A stretch of 64,000 nt of DNA. Source: Bigelowiella natans CCMP2755. Taxonomy: Eukaryota; Protista; Cercozoa. Position 1 is the first letter of the stretch. Each line of letters starts with the position of its first letter. Below the pieces are notes generated by a model, which had not been told where the DNA came from, did no database searches, and was given only the letters and a program-made list of their open reading frames with translations. Made by a program: the position numbers and the translations under genes. The stretch lies in NCBI GenBank assembly GCA_000320545.1, contig ADNK01002450.1, forward strand, positions 23,930-87,929, given 5' to 3'. Shown here piece by piece: positions 40,665 through 54,767 of this stretch.

Positions 40665-41655
40665 ACAACAGTAGAAGTATTATTATTATTAGTAGTAGTA
40701 GTAGTAGTAGCAATTCTAGTAGCCTAATACCGATATCACGTGCAGCGACCTTTTGCACCCACGTCTACATTGTGAGGAAGTAGTAGAGCACTCTTCGGAA
40801 AATTCTCCACGTTCTAATAACACACACGCGTATACGTGTGGCCACTATGGATAACGCTTCTCCTCAAAGTGCTGAATTTGGTTGGGTTTGTGACAGGGAA
40901 GACAATGACCCCACAGCAATCAGACTCAAGATGAACCTCGATTTGCTGCGAGCTGCAAGCAAGGTGGGATTACATTGTTGTTAAGAGTCTGTACGACACA
41001 TATACAGAAACATGATGGGGTTGTGAATGGATTATGTTCAAGGCTGGGAACGTCGAGCTAGCTGGTGCCGCGATGGACAACGTCGGGAATGTAATATATG
41101 AGGATGCAATCTCCTCTACAAATGAAAAACCATTTGCGCGCGCGTCTGTGTATGGGGGGGAGGAAGGGGGGAGGGGGTAGAGATGAGCAAACAGGAAGGA
41201 TCCGTATCGATCTTTTTGAAACCCTGGTCAGCTTACTACCGCCGCCATTTCTCGTGCGAGTCGTTGCACACATGCCCTCATCGCTCGGCGATATTAACTG
41301 CTATTGCTGCATTTGCAACTAACGACAGGCTACTGGGCCTTATTTCCGCTCCAAGGTGATGCACGATACGCAATCCGAGCGTCTAATATGCAGTAGGCTA
41401 GTAATCATAGCAAAAGTCCAATAAAACTCTCGATATCGAAAGTAGTGACCAAGCAGTATCTTCCAACACCAAATTGCGTGCGTGCATGTGTAACGAGGGG
41501 CCGATGTTCCGATGTTATCTGGAGAGAACATAATCGAAGAGATAGTTGCGTGTTGGTGCGTTGAACTATATATATTCATATATATTCTATTCTTAGTGGC
41601 TGGGAATTTACACTAATCCTGTGATCAAGGAGTCACTTCCCTCCCTTGTACGTTA

Positions 41656-41693
<38 letters not shown>

Positions 41694-41763
41694 ACGATGA
41701 GCGCTTATGCACACACATATGCACGTGGAGGGTATAGATATAAGGCGAATGCAGCGTTGGAGT

Positions 41764-41807
<44 letters not shown>

Positions 41808-42247
41808 GGAGAGAGAGAGAGTGAGAGAGAGAGGCAGAGTGTGTGTGCGTGAGTGTGTACTTGTGTTTATATGCGTGTTATGGTGAAGTCAGCCCCTTTT
41901 TGATCGACGATATACAATAATCCTACAAGTATTCATTGAGTCACTTCCTCCCTCCTCTATAAACCGCACAGATCACTCTTGCAAACGGGATCTTCGTGCT
42001 TGTATTCTTAAGGTGCTCACCATAACACAAAACCCCAATACGTGCCAAATAGCGTCGTTGCGTGCTCTGGGGGCATTGTTAATATAACGTCGGTGATGAT
42101 GACAGCTCGATGGTAATGGTGATAATGCCTTTGCTGCTATAAACCTCTTAGGCTTGCTCTTCCACGGCTTTTAGCGATGAAAACAGCTTCTGACTTCTCG
42201 GGTTGGGCTTGGATTGCTACTACAATATTATGAATAATATTATATAT

Positions 42248-42286
<39 letters not shown>

Positions 42287-42307
42287 TTTATCTAATAGCT
42301 TTGTGTC

Positions 42308-42345
<38 letters not shown>

Positions 42346-43233
42346 TGCGCACGCGCGCCGCTCAATTAAAATCCGAGCATGTTTGTGCTTATGTGTTTCT
42401 CCTTCTTTTGGTAGCATCCCGAAGTACTTTAGATTCGGCACTTGTTTGTTGGTGAATCATCTTCCTCAACCTGCTGTCCGTCGTCCTTCGTTGCCCCCCC
42501 CCTCCCCGTCCTTCTTCTCCCTCTCTATGGCCGTCGCATTCTGACTTTTCGTCATCTAAATGACTAGAGATCGCATCGTTCTTTGGGCTGCCGGGCAAGG
42601 AGGAGTTAGTAGATTACGCTGATAAGGTAGTAGAGAGCGCTAAAGGGGCAATATAAACACCAATGTATGGTGGTGAAATGGCAATAAATCCTGCCTGTTT
42701 TGAACCGAATATTACGCAGCTGACACATCTCTCTCCGCTTCTCAAGATCGCTGGCTTCCAGGTTGAAAGAGCGATTAAAACACGACCTCACCACAATTCT
42801 GAACCCCTTCCCGCGCGACTGACGATGTGTCGCTTGGATGTTGTTACAGGCTATTTGGCTAGTCGATAAAGTCTTCATGCTCAGGTCTTTAAAAAGCCAT
42901 TCTGATATTGATATGCGTAGACAAGCACGTGCTTCGAGCCGAAGGCGAAAACACTATACCTTCCTAGTTTACACAACGGCATCGTCTAGCATGAACGGGG
43001 CCTTGGCACCTGCCTTTGCTTCCTTCAGAACGAAGTCCCCGAAACGTGTATATGTTTTTTGAGATGTAACAGCCAATGCGCGCACTGGCTGTTTTTCACG
43101 CAATAGTCATGTTTTTACGATTAACAGCGAAATTCTGCCAATCGCTGTGGTTCTTCCGACTATATCTCCTCTGCTATTTGGAGGTGTATTAGAGGTCCAA
43201 GAAGGCATGTTATTTAGTTATATGTCTCTGTTG

Positions 43234-43277
<44 letters not shown>

Positions 43278-43397
43278 ATATCCCCTTATGTAGAGATCTT
43301 TGATCCGCATATATCCCCTTATGTAGAGATCTTTGATCCGCATATATGCACCAGCACACACATTCGAAAAGAGAGAGAGGAAGAGAAAGAGCGAGAC

Positions 43398-43430
<33 letters not shown>

Positions 43431-43534
43431 GAGAGAAAGAAACATTTAATCACAAAGAAATAGTATAGACAAGTAACAATGTGGAAACTGCCAGTAGACT
43501 TATCATGTGAGAGACTTTATGATAACGATATATT

Positions 43535-43577
<43 letters not shown>

Positions 43578-44148
43578 AGAATGAGGCATCCCTCTAAAGA
43601 TGAATCATTAACATTGCTCCGGGTAGGGAACCCTTGTCACGAGTGCGTGCGCTACCGTTGGGGCAAGCGTAAACTTTCTTCTCGGTAGTAGTAACACCGC
43701 AAGCCATAGCATACGTACCTAAATCGTTCCAACCGACGCATACACGCATCCTGCAAAACAAGAAGGTTCTTCTCCAGACGCCTCGACTACAGCTGTCTTT
43801 CTGTGATTGGAGAGAGGCCATAGAATCTGCACAAAACTGATTTCTTTTGATATCGTTTGTAGGTAAGAACTTTCTCCAGGAGCAGGTGAAATGTACGCTC
43901 GCGCTACTGAAATCGAGCGCATAGTTGTTTGGTTTGCTTGTCTTTCAGCACGTGCAATATGGCACAAAGTAAGGAATGAATATATGGCTATCAGGTAGGA
44001 AACTTCTCCGTGTTTGGTAGCCTCCCCATCAAGGTATACTAAATAACTGGATCGCTATTGTCAAGATGAAGCGAGATATGTGCACATATGATATGACTGA
44101 AAATGAATATATGTGTATATTCAGCAAATCTAATCGAGAAATGTCAAT

Positions 44149-44218
<70 letters not shown>

Positions 44219-44855
44219 TGTATCTATATGTGTGTGTGTATATTAAGATGTATGAATATCTGTTTATACTTTGATATATTAATTGAATATACTGCAATGA
44301 TACGACTAATTGCCAGGAGCAAGAATGGTTTCATAGGCTCAACCGGAAGGTGATGATGATTTCCATCCATTTTCCAATGTACATCTTCACATAGTAGCAG
44401 CCTTTACTAGTCTATGTAGCTTTTTCACTATGCAATCACATGGAGAAAAGAGGGCGAGAAAAGGAGAGAGTGTGACAGAGAGAACGAAAGCGACTGGAAC
44501 AAGAACCGAGTATTCGTCGTTCTTTGTTTGTTTGTAGAGAATCATTTACCTCGCAATCACAACTCAATATTTGATAAATACTATACCACCTATTGGCAGG
44601 TTTCCAAAGAGCCATTTAAGGTATGCTTTCTGCCCCGTTCCACGCACGTGCGTATCGTACACAGTACGGGTTGTTCTTTGGTTGAATTCCATCATGTTTC
44701 TAAGATGTTCATTACTGAAAGACTCGCTTCCTCAATTTAGTCGGCGCTGCTAATACGACTCGCTCCTATCTTGCCAATTCCCTTAGACGGACATTGGTAT
44801 TATGATGACGACTACATATGCAAAACTAGATGAAAATGCGTACGCATATGCAACC

Positions 44856-44906
<51 letters not shown>

Positions 44907-45806
44907 GCCACAGACTCGATACAGAAAGAAAGAGAGGGGGGGGAGGGGGGAGGGAGAGGGAGAGGGAGATCATGGTAAAAGACTTGCAAGAGTAGTAGCG
45001 ATTTGTGTCATTAATGTACACGCATATGATAAAGATACATGATATGGTCAACTGCGTGAAATGAGCCCCCAGCTGTATAAATGAACCTTCTCACTCCGTC
45101 CAACCTCGTCCGCACCATCCTAGGTACGTGTGCGGGGTCACACCGATGACTCTGGCCAACTTCGTAACGGCCTACTTCATCGGCACATTGAAGGTTGAGG
45201 CTCCTCCCTCGTATTTATTTCCTTTGCTTCATCGATGATGGCGGCTGTTTCGATGCTGCGCATAGCATAGCTACTTACCGAAAGCTTGAGCATATAATGG
45301 GTTTCGTTGGGGGTGCATTCTCCAGCAGCGCATGTTCTATTGGGGGAGGGCCGATGACAAAAACCTATATAAATCTATTCATTTCGCAAGGGGGTTGTAG
45401 CAGGTTGGGTTTGCTTTCCTTTGATTCTGTGCTTTGCTGCATCCTTGCCTCAGGTCGCTTTTATCGACGCGTCTTTAGGTGAGAGAATGGCGCTGCAGCA
45501 TCTACATTAGAAATTACCCCGATTGGATTATTTGATTCTGACCTGTCCCCCCCCCCTCCCCCCATGTTACTCAATGTTACGTCGATTGTGGGTTGTGACT
45601 GCTGTTTGCTGCTACTGCACGCAGGGAGCTTGTTGTTTTCGTCGATTCTGGATACTGAGGCTGTACAAGAGCAGGTGCGAAAAAGGATGAATACATTTCA
45701 GATAGTGTTTTGATGGAAATCAATATTACTCGTATTTTTTAAATGAGAGACGTGTTTCTCCAATTTGCCAACGTGAGATGGTAATACGGATGTAGCAAAC
45801 AACACG

Positions 45807-45862
<56 letters not shown>

Positions 45863-46420
45863 TTGTGTTTAATTTTTCTATTTATAATTTATAATATATA
45901 TTTTATTACCATAGTAATTTATAATATATGTTGATATTAATCCATATATATTTTTTAAACATTGAATATTTCCTGCAAAGACTCCTGAGCTATGTGAGAT
46001 CTGTTTCTTGATGATATGCCAAATAATCCAGGCCAAGTTCGTGTTAATAGCAGAAGTTGTTCTAGTGGTATTAATGCTAGAAATATTGAAGCAAACATAA
46101 ACCAACATGCGCTCGTATTCACACAAACACACACATACACATTCACGCGCGCGCAACGATTACGAAGGAGATATTACTTTACTATGTTTTGCATATGTGT
46201 GTCTATAAGTATGTTCGTTTTTATACTTACAACTTACGATACACTCTTCCTTGTCCGAACCCATAAAAGGTGCTCATTTCCGCTGTCGTGACCAACATTG
46301 CCACCACGTTTGTGACCGAGCTGACAGCTGACGATAGCGCAGCAGGTACAGCTGACGACGATGCTCTCAAGGAGATTGAATCTTTAAAAACAACTTGAAA
46401 ATAAAATTTAATAACTGTAA

Positions 46421-46451
<31 letters not shown>

Positions 46452-46826
46452 GAGACTTACGAAGCGAGCGTTCTGTGAAATCCTGGGGGTAGCCTTGATT
46501 GGTTGTTCTCAGCTTACCAATGCTACTCGATGTAATGTAATGCCAGCTGATGAAGGAGCGAGTACAAATGCAAACACGACGGCTGAAGAAGAGGGTAACA
46601 CAATGACTGTAAACATGAAGCAAAGTGCTTCATCACATGTCGTATTTAGAACCGACACTACAGCTTCTTACTGCCACTCGCGTGTTTCCCTCTCCCTTCT
46701 TCTCTCCCTCCTTCCTTCTCTTTCGCTGGCTATACAATTATTCACAACACTACTTACACAGGGCCTCTAGCAATGTCCTTGGAGGAGAGAATCAAGGAAG
46801 AAGGGGAGAGAAAGAAAGATGAGTAG
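39817..46826 (+). CDS. DedA/VTT (SNARE_assoc, TVP38/TMEM64-like) membrane protein with signal peptide + Arg-rich transit-like leader and long N-terminal extension
   Basis: Leader MIFTVTASLTRGRALACVLLSILTLPQGLSSVVPP|AKAQFGRPLTSSRGG...AMRRAIK|VKRRFRK; VTT motifs EILPIAVVLPTISPLLFGGVLE (~43130), GKNFLQEQ, WFHRLNRK, SALLIRLAPILPIPLDGHW|YVCGVTPMTLANFVTAYFIGTLK (44741-45193), VAFIDASLG; last exon ...EEGERKKDE*. Exons at 40850-42900 are less certain. Confidence 0.72.
40632..40710. repeat. Compound (GTA)n/(TTA)n trinucleotide microsatellite, intronic
   Basis: gtagtagta... / tattattat / gtagtagtag runs; source of the poly-Leu shadow ORF 40552-40758. Confidence 0.9.
43277..43342. repeat. Perfect 33-bp tandem duplication in an intron
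   Basis: tatatccccttatgtagagatctttgatccgca x2. Confidence 0.95.
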
Positions 46827-47231
46827 CGAACGACACAATAGCCTATGGAGATCAGCGCACAAAATATCAATGGTTTATGGGAGAGGGGGCAGTAATGCTA
46901 TGATGAAATGCACGTGTACATAGCAGAAAATCGGAGCAAATATCAAGTGGTTAGACTACATGTGTGCGTGCGAACGTGTATACGTACGTGCACGCAAAAA
47001 TGTAGTTTCACCGCATCATCCAATGTTCTATTGTCACAGATTTCAAACATGTTTAGACGTGCTAACAATGTAAACCCATACGGACTGACGAGCGTGGCAC
47101 TCTGTGCAGTCGATTGAGGCATGCATGCATGCATATATACTCGAGATGTAGCGTGGCGCGAATCTACTCTAATTTTATATTGGCATAATAAGTAAAACAT
47201 GACATGCTTTATTAATATTTGACGCGGAGTG

Positions 47232-47655
47232 CACAGCTCCGTCAAACCCGGTAACGACGGGGTTGTGAACAGTGCAGCGCTTTGTGACGCGCTTTGAAGC
47301 AGCAGGCAGTTGCAGTTGGTCAAAGAAAAGTCATCAGAACTTGTCCGATGGCCAAACCTCAAATATTGACCGAAATGTTGACCCAAATGTCCATTTTCAA
47401 GACCTCAGTGAGCGCACAAAGTGTGAAAATTCACACTCGTTGTGCAGAGAATGCACGCTGCGCGTTTGTTTTCTGCCACATTTTGAATGCTTTTGCGCGT
47501 GTGTTTGACCAAATGTGACATGTACGAAAAATTTTATAATTTTAAAGAAATGCGAGCAAACCCAATGTCCATCACATCACATGGCGCGCTTGGTCGCGCG
47601 CAAAAGCTTCCAAATGCATGTTCTGGCGATTCGTTACAGGTTTGACGGAGCTGTG
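47232..47655. mobile_element. Non-autonomous DNA transposon (MITE), 424 bp, ~25-bp terminal inverted repeats
   Basis: Left CACAGCTCCGTCAAACCcgGTAACGA (from 47232); right TCGTTACaGGTTTGACGGAGCTGTG (to 47655). Flanks give a TG (2 bp) duplication, or GTGC (4 bp) if the TIR starts one base in. Internal repeats of (TTG)ACC(C/G)AAATGT; no credible coding capacity. Confidence 0.8.
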
Positions 47656-48201
47656 TGCATCTAGTGCATACAAGCACAAAACCAATTGAAAAGGCAAGCT
47701 AGCAAGCAATGATCTGCGCTGCATTACTGCTATTGCTTGCCATTATGATAGACATGCAATACACTCTATGTCAGTTTGTGGCAACACTAGAACAGCGAAC
47801 GTGAATCAAGATGAGCAACTCCCTTTTAAGCTGTTCGACATGACACGACAATACTAACACGACAAGCGAGCATTACTAGATTGACTACACTAGTACTAGG
47901 GTACACCATGCTAGTATGTACGCATAGGCAGAGGACAATGATTCTAGCGTGCTCGAGTGTGGGAGTAAAACGTACCAACTTTAAAGAGGTGAAGATGTGA
48001 TGGCATGCATGCGCGCATGGCCGCCTCTTTATTTCAGGCCGCGATCATCGTATCTACATATATGCGTGATCATCGTCTCTACATATGTTCACCACATTGC
48101 AACAAGCACGGCTACTAGACGAATATTGATGTCTACGGTGTAGAACGTGTAGAACACACAAGCACATAGATCCCTTTCATTTTTCTCATCCTCTCCATTA
48201 T

Positions 48202-48478
48202 TCACAGTAGTATCACCATTACTGTCACGTTATCACGAGTGTCCTGTCAGTATTGGCGCATACAACGCGGAAATTAAATGAGTAATTCTAAATTTTATAA
48301 TATAATTATTGTTAATATATAATAATAATAATAATAATAACAACAACAGGGACTATAAATGAGTAGTATTGCACACTAAGAGGGGTATACTATTCAGTAC
48401 ATAGTGCGAATAATAGTCTTCGAAATAAAGATTTATATGAACAATAGAACACGAAGAGGGTACACGCAATCACACACA

Positions 48479-48512
<34 letters not shown>

Positions 48513-49050
48513 GTCTTCGGATAACACATTTAAGGCAAACTATCGATTGATTTTCAGTTTTGAAAACGACATTTCATTTGCATGTATTACCCGTTTCAGG
48601 GCCTCATTCACCAAGGCCTTAGAAGCCTAGCAGAGTGCGAATACAGTGGCAAATAGATGAAGAAAGAAATGGTTTGAATGAATGAATAAATTTTATTTGT
48701 ATAGAAACATGTATAGAAACACAAAGGAAACGACTGTTCTTCATTGAAAAGGCTGAACATGTTTATGATAGCAATAACCTCTATGCGCTACATTATTTGG
48801 AGAAACATGATTTATTTCGTAGGGAAGGCAGCGGAGAGAAGGTGTAAAAGCCATCAATGCCGCTACCTTTGTTAATGTACTGTTCACATGGTTCGGCTCG
48901 GTTGAAGACTTGTCAATTCTGGAAAGAATAGCATTTGCCGTATAAAATGACGCACGCACACACGCACGCGCACAGACGCAAATGCTGTATTATTGTATAC
49001 TGCAAGAATAGCGAGTGCTTGCTCTGGGAAAATGCGCGAAAGGTGGCATC

Positions 49051-49089
<39 letters not shown>

Positions 49090-49264
49090 TGATTGTGTAT
49101 TACATCTTGTGTACGAAATCTACAGCCTCTTGGTCAGTCATTACGTCCCACACCTGGCAGCATTGCAACCACAGCAACAACAATAGAGCTGGCATGAACA
49201 TAAAATACATAATTTCTCTCAACCATATCTAGGTATATCAATATGGTACAAATAGATTATGTTA

Positions 49265-49300
<36 letters not shown>

Positions 49301-49876
49301 GTATTCTAAAGAATGAAACACAACGTTAATTTCCAATTTAACAACATCCATTTTGCCGGTGATTACCCCGTCGCAAGCCAAGATCAGCAATGTGTCCTCC
49401 CCGTTTTCTAACAACGTTTCAAGCAACCACGCACAATCCACGTCAAACAGAACGTTCGTTTTGCATACGAACACATCCCCCGAGCAGTACGATTGGGTTG
49501 GCTCAATTGTTTCCTAATGCGAATTCTAATCGGCAATATGAGTGGCCGTTTGCATCGTGAAGAAGGCTAATGATTTGAATGCTAATCGGAAGCAATGGCA
49601 TGTACAAGTCAATCGTATGAGAACACTGCGTGTGATATGCTACCTAGCTCAACGTCCTGATAGTAAGGCGTGGCCACGACGTAATCCCGCTAAATCATAG
49701 GATAATATAACAATATATGTACGTGTATCAGTAATAATATATATAGTTTTGCCTTGAACTTAGAGAGACGAAAATGAAAGGTAAATGTGAAACAAAAGCG
49801 TGTACTCACTTCTTTGAAGGAATGGTCTCCTAAGGCTCGAGACACCGCCAAGTACCTATTTTAAGCACACACACAC

Positions 49877-49922
<46 letters not shown>

Positions 49923-50778
49923 TCAGAGAAAGACACACAACACACACTCTCATCATGCACATTTTGTTTGATGTTGGCTTAATTCCTACAGGATCTTTCA
50001 ATCGCATGGCTCCGCATGCATGCTATGACTTGTTTTTTTAAAATAACATCTGCTTTATCGACATATTTCAGATATTTTTTTGCATAAGCTTCCTTTGCTT
50101 TTCTTGCTATATTATTAACACGCACACACGCACGCACACACACACACACACACACAAACACGCACACGCACACACAAACACAAATACAAACACAAACACG
50201 TTCGTAGATCATAACGTCACCCTAGCACTCGAGGGGGTGGACTTTTAGACACAAATCCTCCCGGCAAACTACCTAAGCATCATTAGAAACACGGAGATTT
50301 GGGGCAAACCACAACCAACACCGGTCAGCTCTAAACCTCCCACTTTCATAGCTACATTGAAGATAAGTACACATATATTTATACATCAACACAGGCAAAA
50401 AAAGCATAAGGAAATCCAGTAACGTAAAATTGTCAAACACTACATATTCGTTTCATCTCCTCTGGAAGTGACGGTTTGTGGTCAATCGTTAGCCTCGAGG
50501 CCTGATGGTAAACAAAGGAACTTAGATAGACTGCCTCCCCCCCAAAATGTACTCATCATACGACAACTAAATGGATTAACCAAGCAACACAGTGTACTAT
50601 CTAAAGCGTATCATGTGGAAAACTACCTTCCGGCCTTTTCTACTTAATATTGCTCTTGAGTCGCCTACATTTATGATGGCATCGTATGGATTCATTTATT
50701 CGGAATATGGGATAAGGTATTTCAGATGCGTGCATGCATACCCACCCCACACAGCTAACTGTGAATCAATAGTTGTGA

Positions 50779-50814
<36 letters not shown>

Positions 50815-51124
50815 CGTGTGTGTGTGTGTTTGTCTGCATTATTTATGTAGAACCTGCATTGGCTACGTGGAGCATTCTCTTTCCTTTGATTTTATCGTAA
50901 CGGATTACCTGAGGCATCGAAGTCCACACGGTTCAGACTCATTGTTGATACAATTACTTAGCGAAAGGTACACATTGCATGCAGGAGTTAATCGTACACA
51001 GGTGACAGCCGTCGATCCGGATTGCAGTATACTTCTCCTATAGATACAACGGTGTTGGTGAAGGCAGGAAGAAAGCAGCAGCAAAGCTGGCATTTAGTCT
51101 CATAGCGATGCAACTTCAAAGACG

Positions 51125-51160
<36 letters not shown>

Positions 51161-51297
51161 CATGTTCAAAAGGTATGATGTCTATGAGGAGAGGGGGGGG
51201 TGGGGGGTGACCTTCTAAGCTGCGAGTCGGTTTTCAGATAAGCATTTGTTAAATGAATGCTCATCTCTTTCGCAGGACTGGCACCGTCGGAGAAACA

Positions 51298-51339
<42 letters not shown>

Positions 51340-52146
51340 AGCGTTCTTGCAGCTTTCCCCCGGCAAAGACCCACGCGTACGCACAGATGCAGCAGCATTG
51401 TTACTTCTCAGAGGTAGTCCCCATTGAAAATACCTACCTAGTCTCCATGCTCTTTTGCAGATTTATATGAAGTGCCTTCGCGACGAAATCAACACTTTGA
51501 CGACCTACACAGTATGCTTCGTCGTTACACGCTAATAACGGTATGGAACATTGCATGCGAGGATAACCTCCGTGACCATCGTAGACGGCAAAGAACCCTA
51601 AATAGAGAAGGAGGCCAAACTTTGAGTTAAAATATCTTCGATTCATGTAATCTATGATGCCATAGATAGCTTTTGTTGTACTTCGGAAAGGCGAGTGTAA
51701 CCGCTCATCATGATTAAAAAAAACAGTAGAAGAGGAGAAGAAACAAGCAGTATTGCTGGCTCTCGTAACGAGAAAGGTTTGTTATTAGAAGATTGCAGCA
51801 TTTCTCCCTGCCATCACCACCTTGCTTTGACTCCCCCGAGAAGTTATCGTATGCAATATGATCATCTTCCATGTTACTTCGAGGCCTGTAATCATTGAGA
51901 CGACGGTGATGGTGATGACGATGACGAGAGTCAGTGCGAGCAGCCAATCATCGCTGCGTAAAGAGATGCTAAATACCCCTGGCTTTCGAACCATCCTGCG
52001 CCGAGGATACTTTCATATCTGAGAAGATACAACGAAGCATTTAGGTTTGTGCGACAACAACGTCGTAGGACGAATGGAAGAAAATATCACAAATTACGCG
52101 GTTGAGTTTCATCTTTAGTTATTACTATTGTCATTTCTCGACCATA

Positions 52147-52186
<40 letters not shown>

Positions 52187-53042
52187 CTGCACACATTACA
52201 ACCTATGGCTAGGCGAGATTCTTGAGGGCAGTTCCGTGATCTTGCGACACCAACAGCATACAATCAAGTGTGCAGAAATGGCAATAACAGAAAAACTACG
52301 TAAGGGGGGTAGGAAGATTCGCGGTCTTACTAACAAAGTCATAACAATAACAGCAACAATATATATATTTTAAAAACATCGATAATCAAACAGAAACAGG
52401 CGAGTAGTAAACAGGACCCTAGTTTGAATTGCCGCCAGTCGCTCATTCAAGAGCATCCTTGCCTAATTAAAAATCAACAAATACGCATTTGTTTTGATTT
52501 TGTATTGACTAGCAAATAACTTCATGTGTCAGCAAGTATGCCTTTGCAAGGTGTTAGCGTTTACACATCTTATGATTGTACATATAGAGATAATTCAGCG
52601 CCCCCACAACAATGATCAGTAGTGCTTTCCCCCACCTCCTGTAGCCATTTTAGATCGATCTTTTGCTGCGAGTAGTGTAGCGTGTGCCTAATGTTTATTT
52701 CATCATTTATTTCTTACCCACTCATATATGTATACACCTGATCGGTTATACTCCTTTCAATGCATCCGTATTTTGATAAAATATACATTTGCGCGAGGAA
52801 GTGCGTGATGGCGTTGAGCGCTGTGGTACTACTGACACTAATCGTGCCTTACTTGATTTGACTGAAGCCTAGGCTCTGGAGAACTCGCATACCTCCCTTC
52901 GTCATATCAAAAAAATACACACAAATGCTGTGAGTCGGAGAATGCAGTGCGGGCTATTCGATATTCAACCTCTAGATTGCCTATTCTTTCCTCAAAGTGG
53001 ATGTTTAAAGTGCGGATCTTCCGGTATCTGAATATAAATATG

Positions 53043-53097
<55 letters not shown>

Positions 53098-53502
53098 TTT
53101 ACATGTACATATTATGTATATGCGTGTATAGTCAGGCGAGCATACCACCAGCCCAGAAAGAAGGCAACTTACTTTTCGTCGCTCGGATTCTCGATAAGGT
53201 TGGTGACGTACACTAGGTGAGCATAAAGGCACAGAGGTGAGAAGGGTTCCAACGAAGAAACACCACCATGCGTGCACAGTCGCCATACCATCTACGATAG
53301 TTCGCAAGGCCTCCTCTACATCAATAATTGCGTTGTATTGCTCGAGATTGCTTATATCCCTCGAAAGAATCTTTAGCTGAGTATGTGATACAAAGACGTC
53401 ATCACCGGAGGAACGTTCCAGAAGGACACTTCTTCCCACAAAAACCAATCCCCTGATCCTAATCCGTCTGGGGTCATATGTGAAACGTGCAATGACCTCC
53501 AT
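48202..53502 (-). CDS. PP2C/PPM Ser/Thr phosphatase with an N-terminal PUB (p97/Cdc48-binding) domain
   Basis: PUB: EEALRTIVD|[14 protein letters not shown]|[19 protein letters not shown]|[11 protein letters not shown] (53320-52855). PP2C: ESQG|[19 protein letters not shown]|[49 protein letters not shown]|[20 protein letters not shown]|[13 protein letters not shown]. Metal-binding Asp motifs intact. Confidence 0.9.
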
Positions 53503-53903
53503 AGTTCCGAGGGAGCCGGTTGCTTCGGAGGAGCTTCTTCTCCAGATGAAAACTAAGATTCAGATTCAAACTCTGTACGATTTCTCAGTTATGCCTCCAT
53601 ATAATTTGATTTTTGTTCGGAAATACTTCCGAATACTGTTGTCGCTTTGAACGTATCAAAACCTATTTTAATTTATGTGAAGGAACAATTGTATATCTTC
53701 GGTCTGAGGACATTCTGTCAAGAATATAAGGATATTCTAGGCTTGACGGCTTTGGTCGGGAGGAGAAGAACTGCTCTCCTTTTGCAAAACAATGAATCAA
53801 TAAAATTAATATTTTGTCGAGATAATATCTGAATATTTTTCCCCCAAAAATCGAAACTTTTGATAATATTTTCCCGTCCTTTACGGTATCCGTTCGAGCG
53901 GCG
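53503..53903. promoter_or_regulatory. Putative bidirectional promoter PUB-PP2C/BMT5
   Basis: ~400-bp AT-rich spacer; dyad TTCGGAA-atac-TTCCGAA at 53616-53633. Confidence 0.45.
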
Positions 53904-54724
53904 ATGGGGAAGAATCGTGCCGGGAGGAAGGTCCGACTCGGAAGGGAGGGGGGGGGGGGGGGAAAAAAAAAAGGGAGGGGGGGGGGAAAAAGGAGGAAAA
54001 ATTGTCATACGATTTCCTTTAAGGGTTGACGTTGGGAATTGACATTGTTTCCCCCCAAAAAAGGGACTTGTAAATCCCGGCAAAGAGTTTGGGAAAAACC
54101 TTACCAAACCCGTTTTCTCCCCCCCCCCCACAAAACCTACCCAAAGTCCAACGGTGGGTATGTATTCAGGCACAGTATGTGCAAAGGAGAAGCAAATTCA
54201 GCTGGAAAGGAAGCGAAGGAAAGACCAGGTGTAAGATTAGGAGAACTCTCTCTCCCTCTCCCTCTCTCGCACACATACACACACACACACACGTACGCAC
54301 TTGAAGCATAAGCTTAGCACTGTGCTACGTTATCAATGCAGGAGAAGCGACGGAGGGCTGTTATACCCTTCAACGCCAAGCAATCGATACTTCTCGTTGG
54401 GGAAGGTAACACAATTTTTGCATCATAAATGATCTGTTTTGTCCCCAGTCACGTGTTTTTAGAGGAGGAGATTAGAGAGAGAGGAGGGGAGGGGGGGGGG
54501 GTATGGACAATAGTGAAGCGAAAATGGGAGTTGGTCAAGCTCATGGGAATTCCATAGAGTCTGGTAAATGTTTCTTATCATATCTTCGGCGCATTGTATG
54601 TACATCCCAGGGGACTTTAGCTTTTCAGTCGCCTTATTGCGCCATTTGAAGGAAACTCTTGTGAGTAGAACGAGCAACACGCAAACTCATATCCTATGCA
54701 TGCCATTCATGTATGAATGTATTT

Positions 54725-54767
<43 letters not shown>

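Noticed and set aside
53800-54150. Extreme G/A/C homopolymer stretch (possible G-quadruplex); similar texture at 31650-31920
   Set aside because: Looks like low-quality read sequence with inflated homopolymers, mostly intronic; unreliable.
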